NCBI GenBank assembly: GCA_963825525.1
Contig: CAWGTN010000002.1
Coordinates: 1,600,001 to 1,664,000 of the forward strand
Direction of reading: 5' to 3'
From: an uncultured Chloroflexia bacterium
GTDB taxonomy: Bacteria > Chloroflexota > Limnocylindria > QHBO01
DNA length: 64,000 nucleotides
Under the pieces are notes generated by a model. It was given only the letters and a program-made list of their open reading frames with translations. It was not told the origin of the DNA and made no database searches. Below, piece by piece: positions 63,949 through 64,000 of this stretch; within the stretch, counting starts at the first letter, position 1; every line of letters begins with the position of its first letter. The translations under genes were made by a program, and so were the position numbers.

Positions 63949-64000
63949 TCAGTCAGCGAGTACGCCTTCGAAGATCCGCTCCATGTGGGCGAGATCGTCC
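63949..64000 (-). CDS. 3' end of a convergent gene (partial)
   Basis: Reads ...DDLAHMERIFEGVLAD-stop; too short to assign. Confidence 0.4.
   Translation of the reverse strand, partial: DDLAHMERIFEGVLAD

Overview
A high-GC (about 70%), gene-dense bacterial chromosomal segment. The gene set and Pro/Thr-rich lipoprotein linkers suggest Chloroflexota, possibly a Limnocylindria-like lineage; this is inference only. No transposase, integrase, prophage or CRISPR array was seen. Contents in order: (1) a galU-pknB-trxA-Cys-rich ORF-folC-folP-folB run and tRNA-Glu(UUC); (2) a stress and DNA-repair neighbourhood with a KGG protein, an ATP-dependent ligase, a NERD protein, OsmC, Ku followed by a catalytically dead ligase domain, a WYL regulator and a CYTH protein; (3) a BldC-like HTH-GAF-GGDEF protein; (4) a TPP riboswitch ahead of thiN-ykoEDC; (5) YhaO/YhaN-like repair genes and a class B PBP; (6) a ~22 kb redox region. 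The redox region holds an operon coupling an NfnB/DsrL-like NADP(H) flavoprotein to a cytochrome b6-type Rieske/cyt b complex, an ECF sigma factor paired with a Tat-motif Rieske protein that looks like an anti-sigma factor, a cupredoxin lipoprotein, and a full ccmABCDEFGHI operon. The best candidates for new biology are the ECF/Rieske anti-sigma module (an identical bipartite motif lies upstream of both the sigma and cupredoxin genes), the flavoprotein-linked Rieske/cyt b complex with an extra membrane subunit, and the Ku plus pseudo-ligase pair. All calls come from reading motifs by eye, with no database search.
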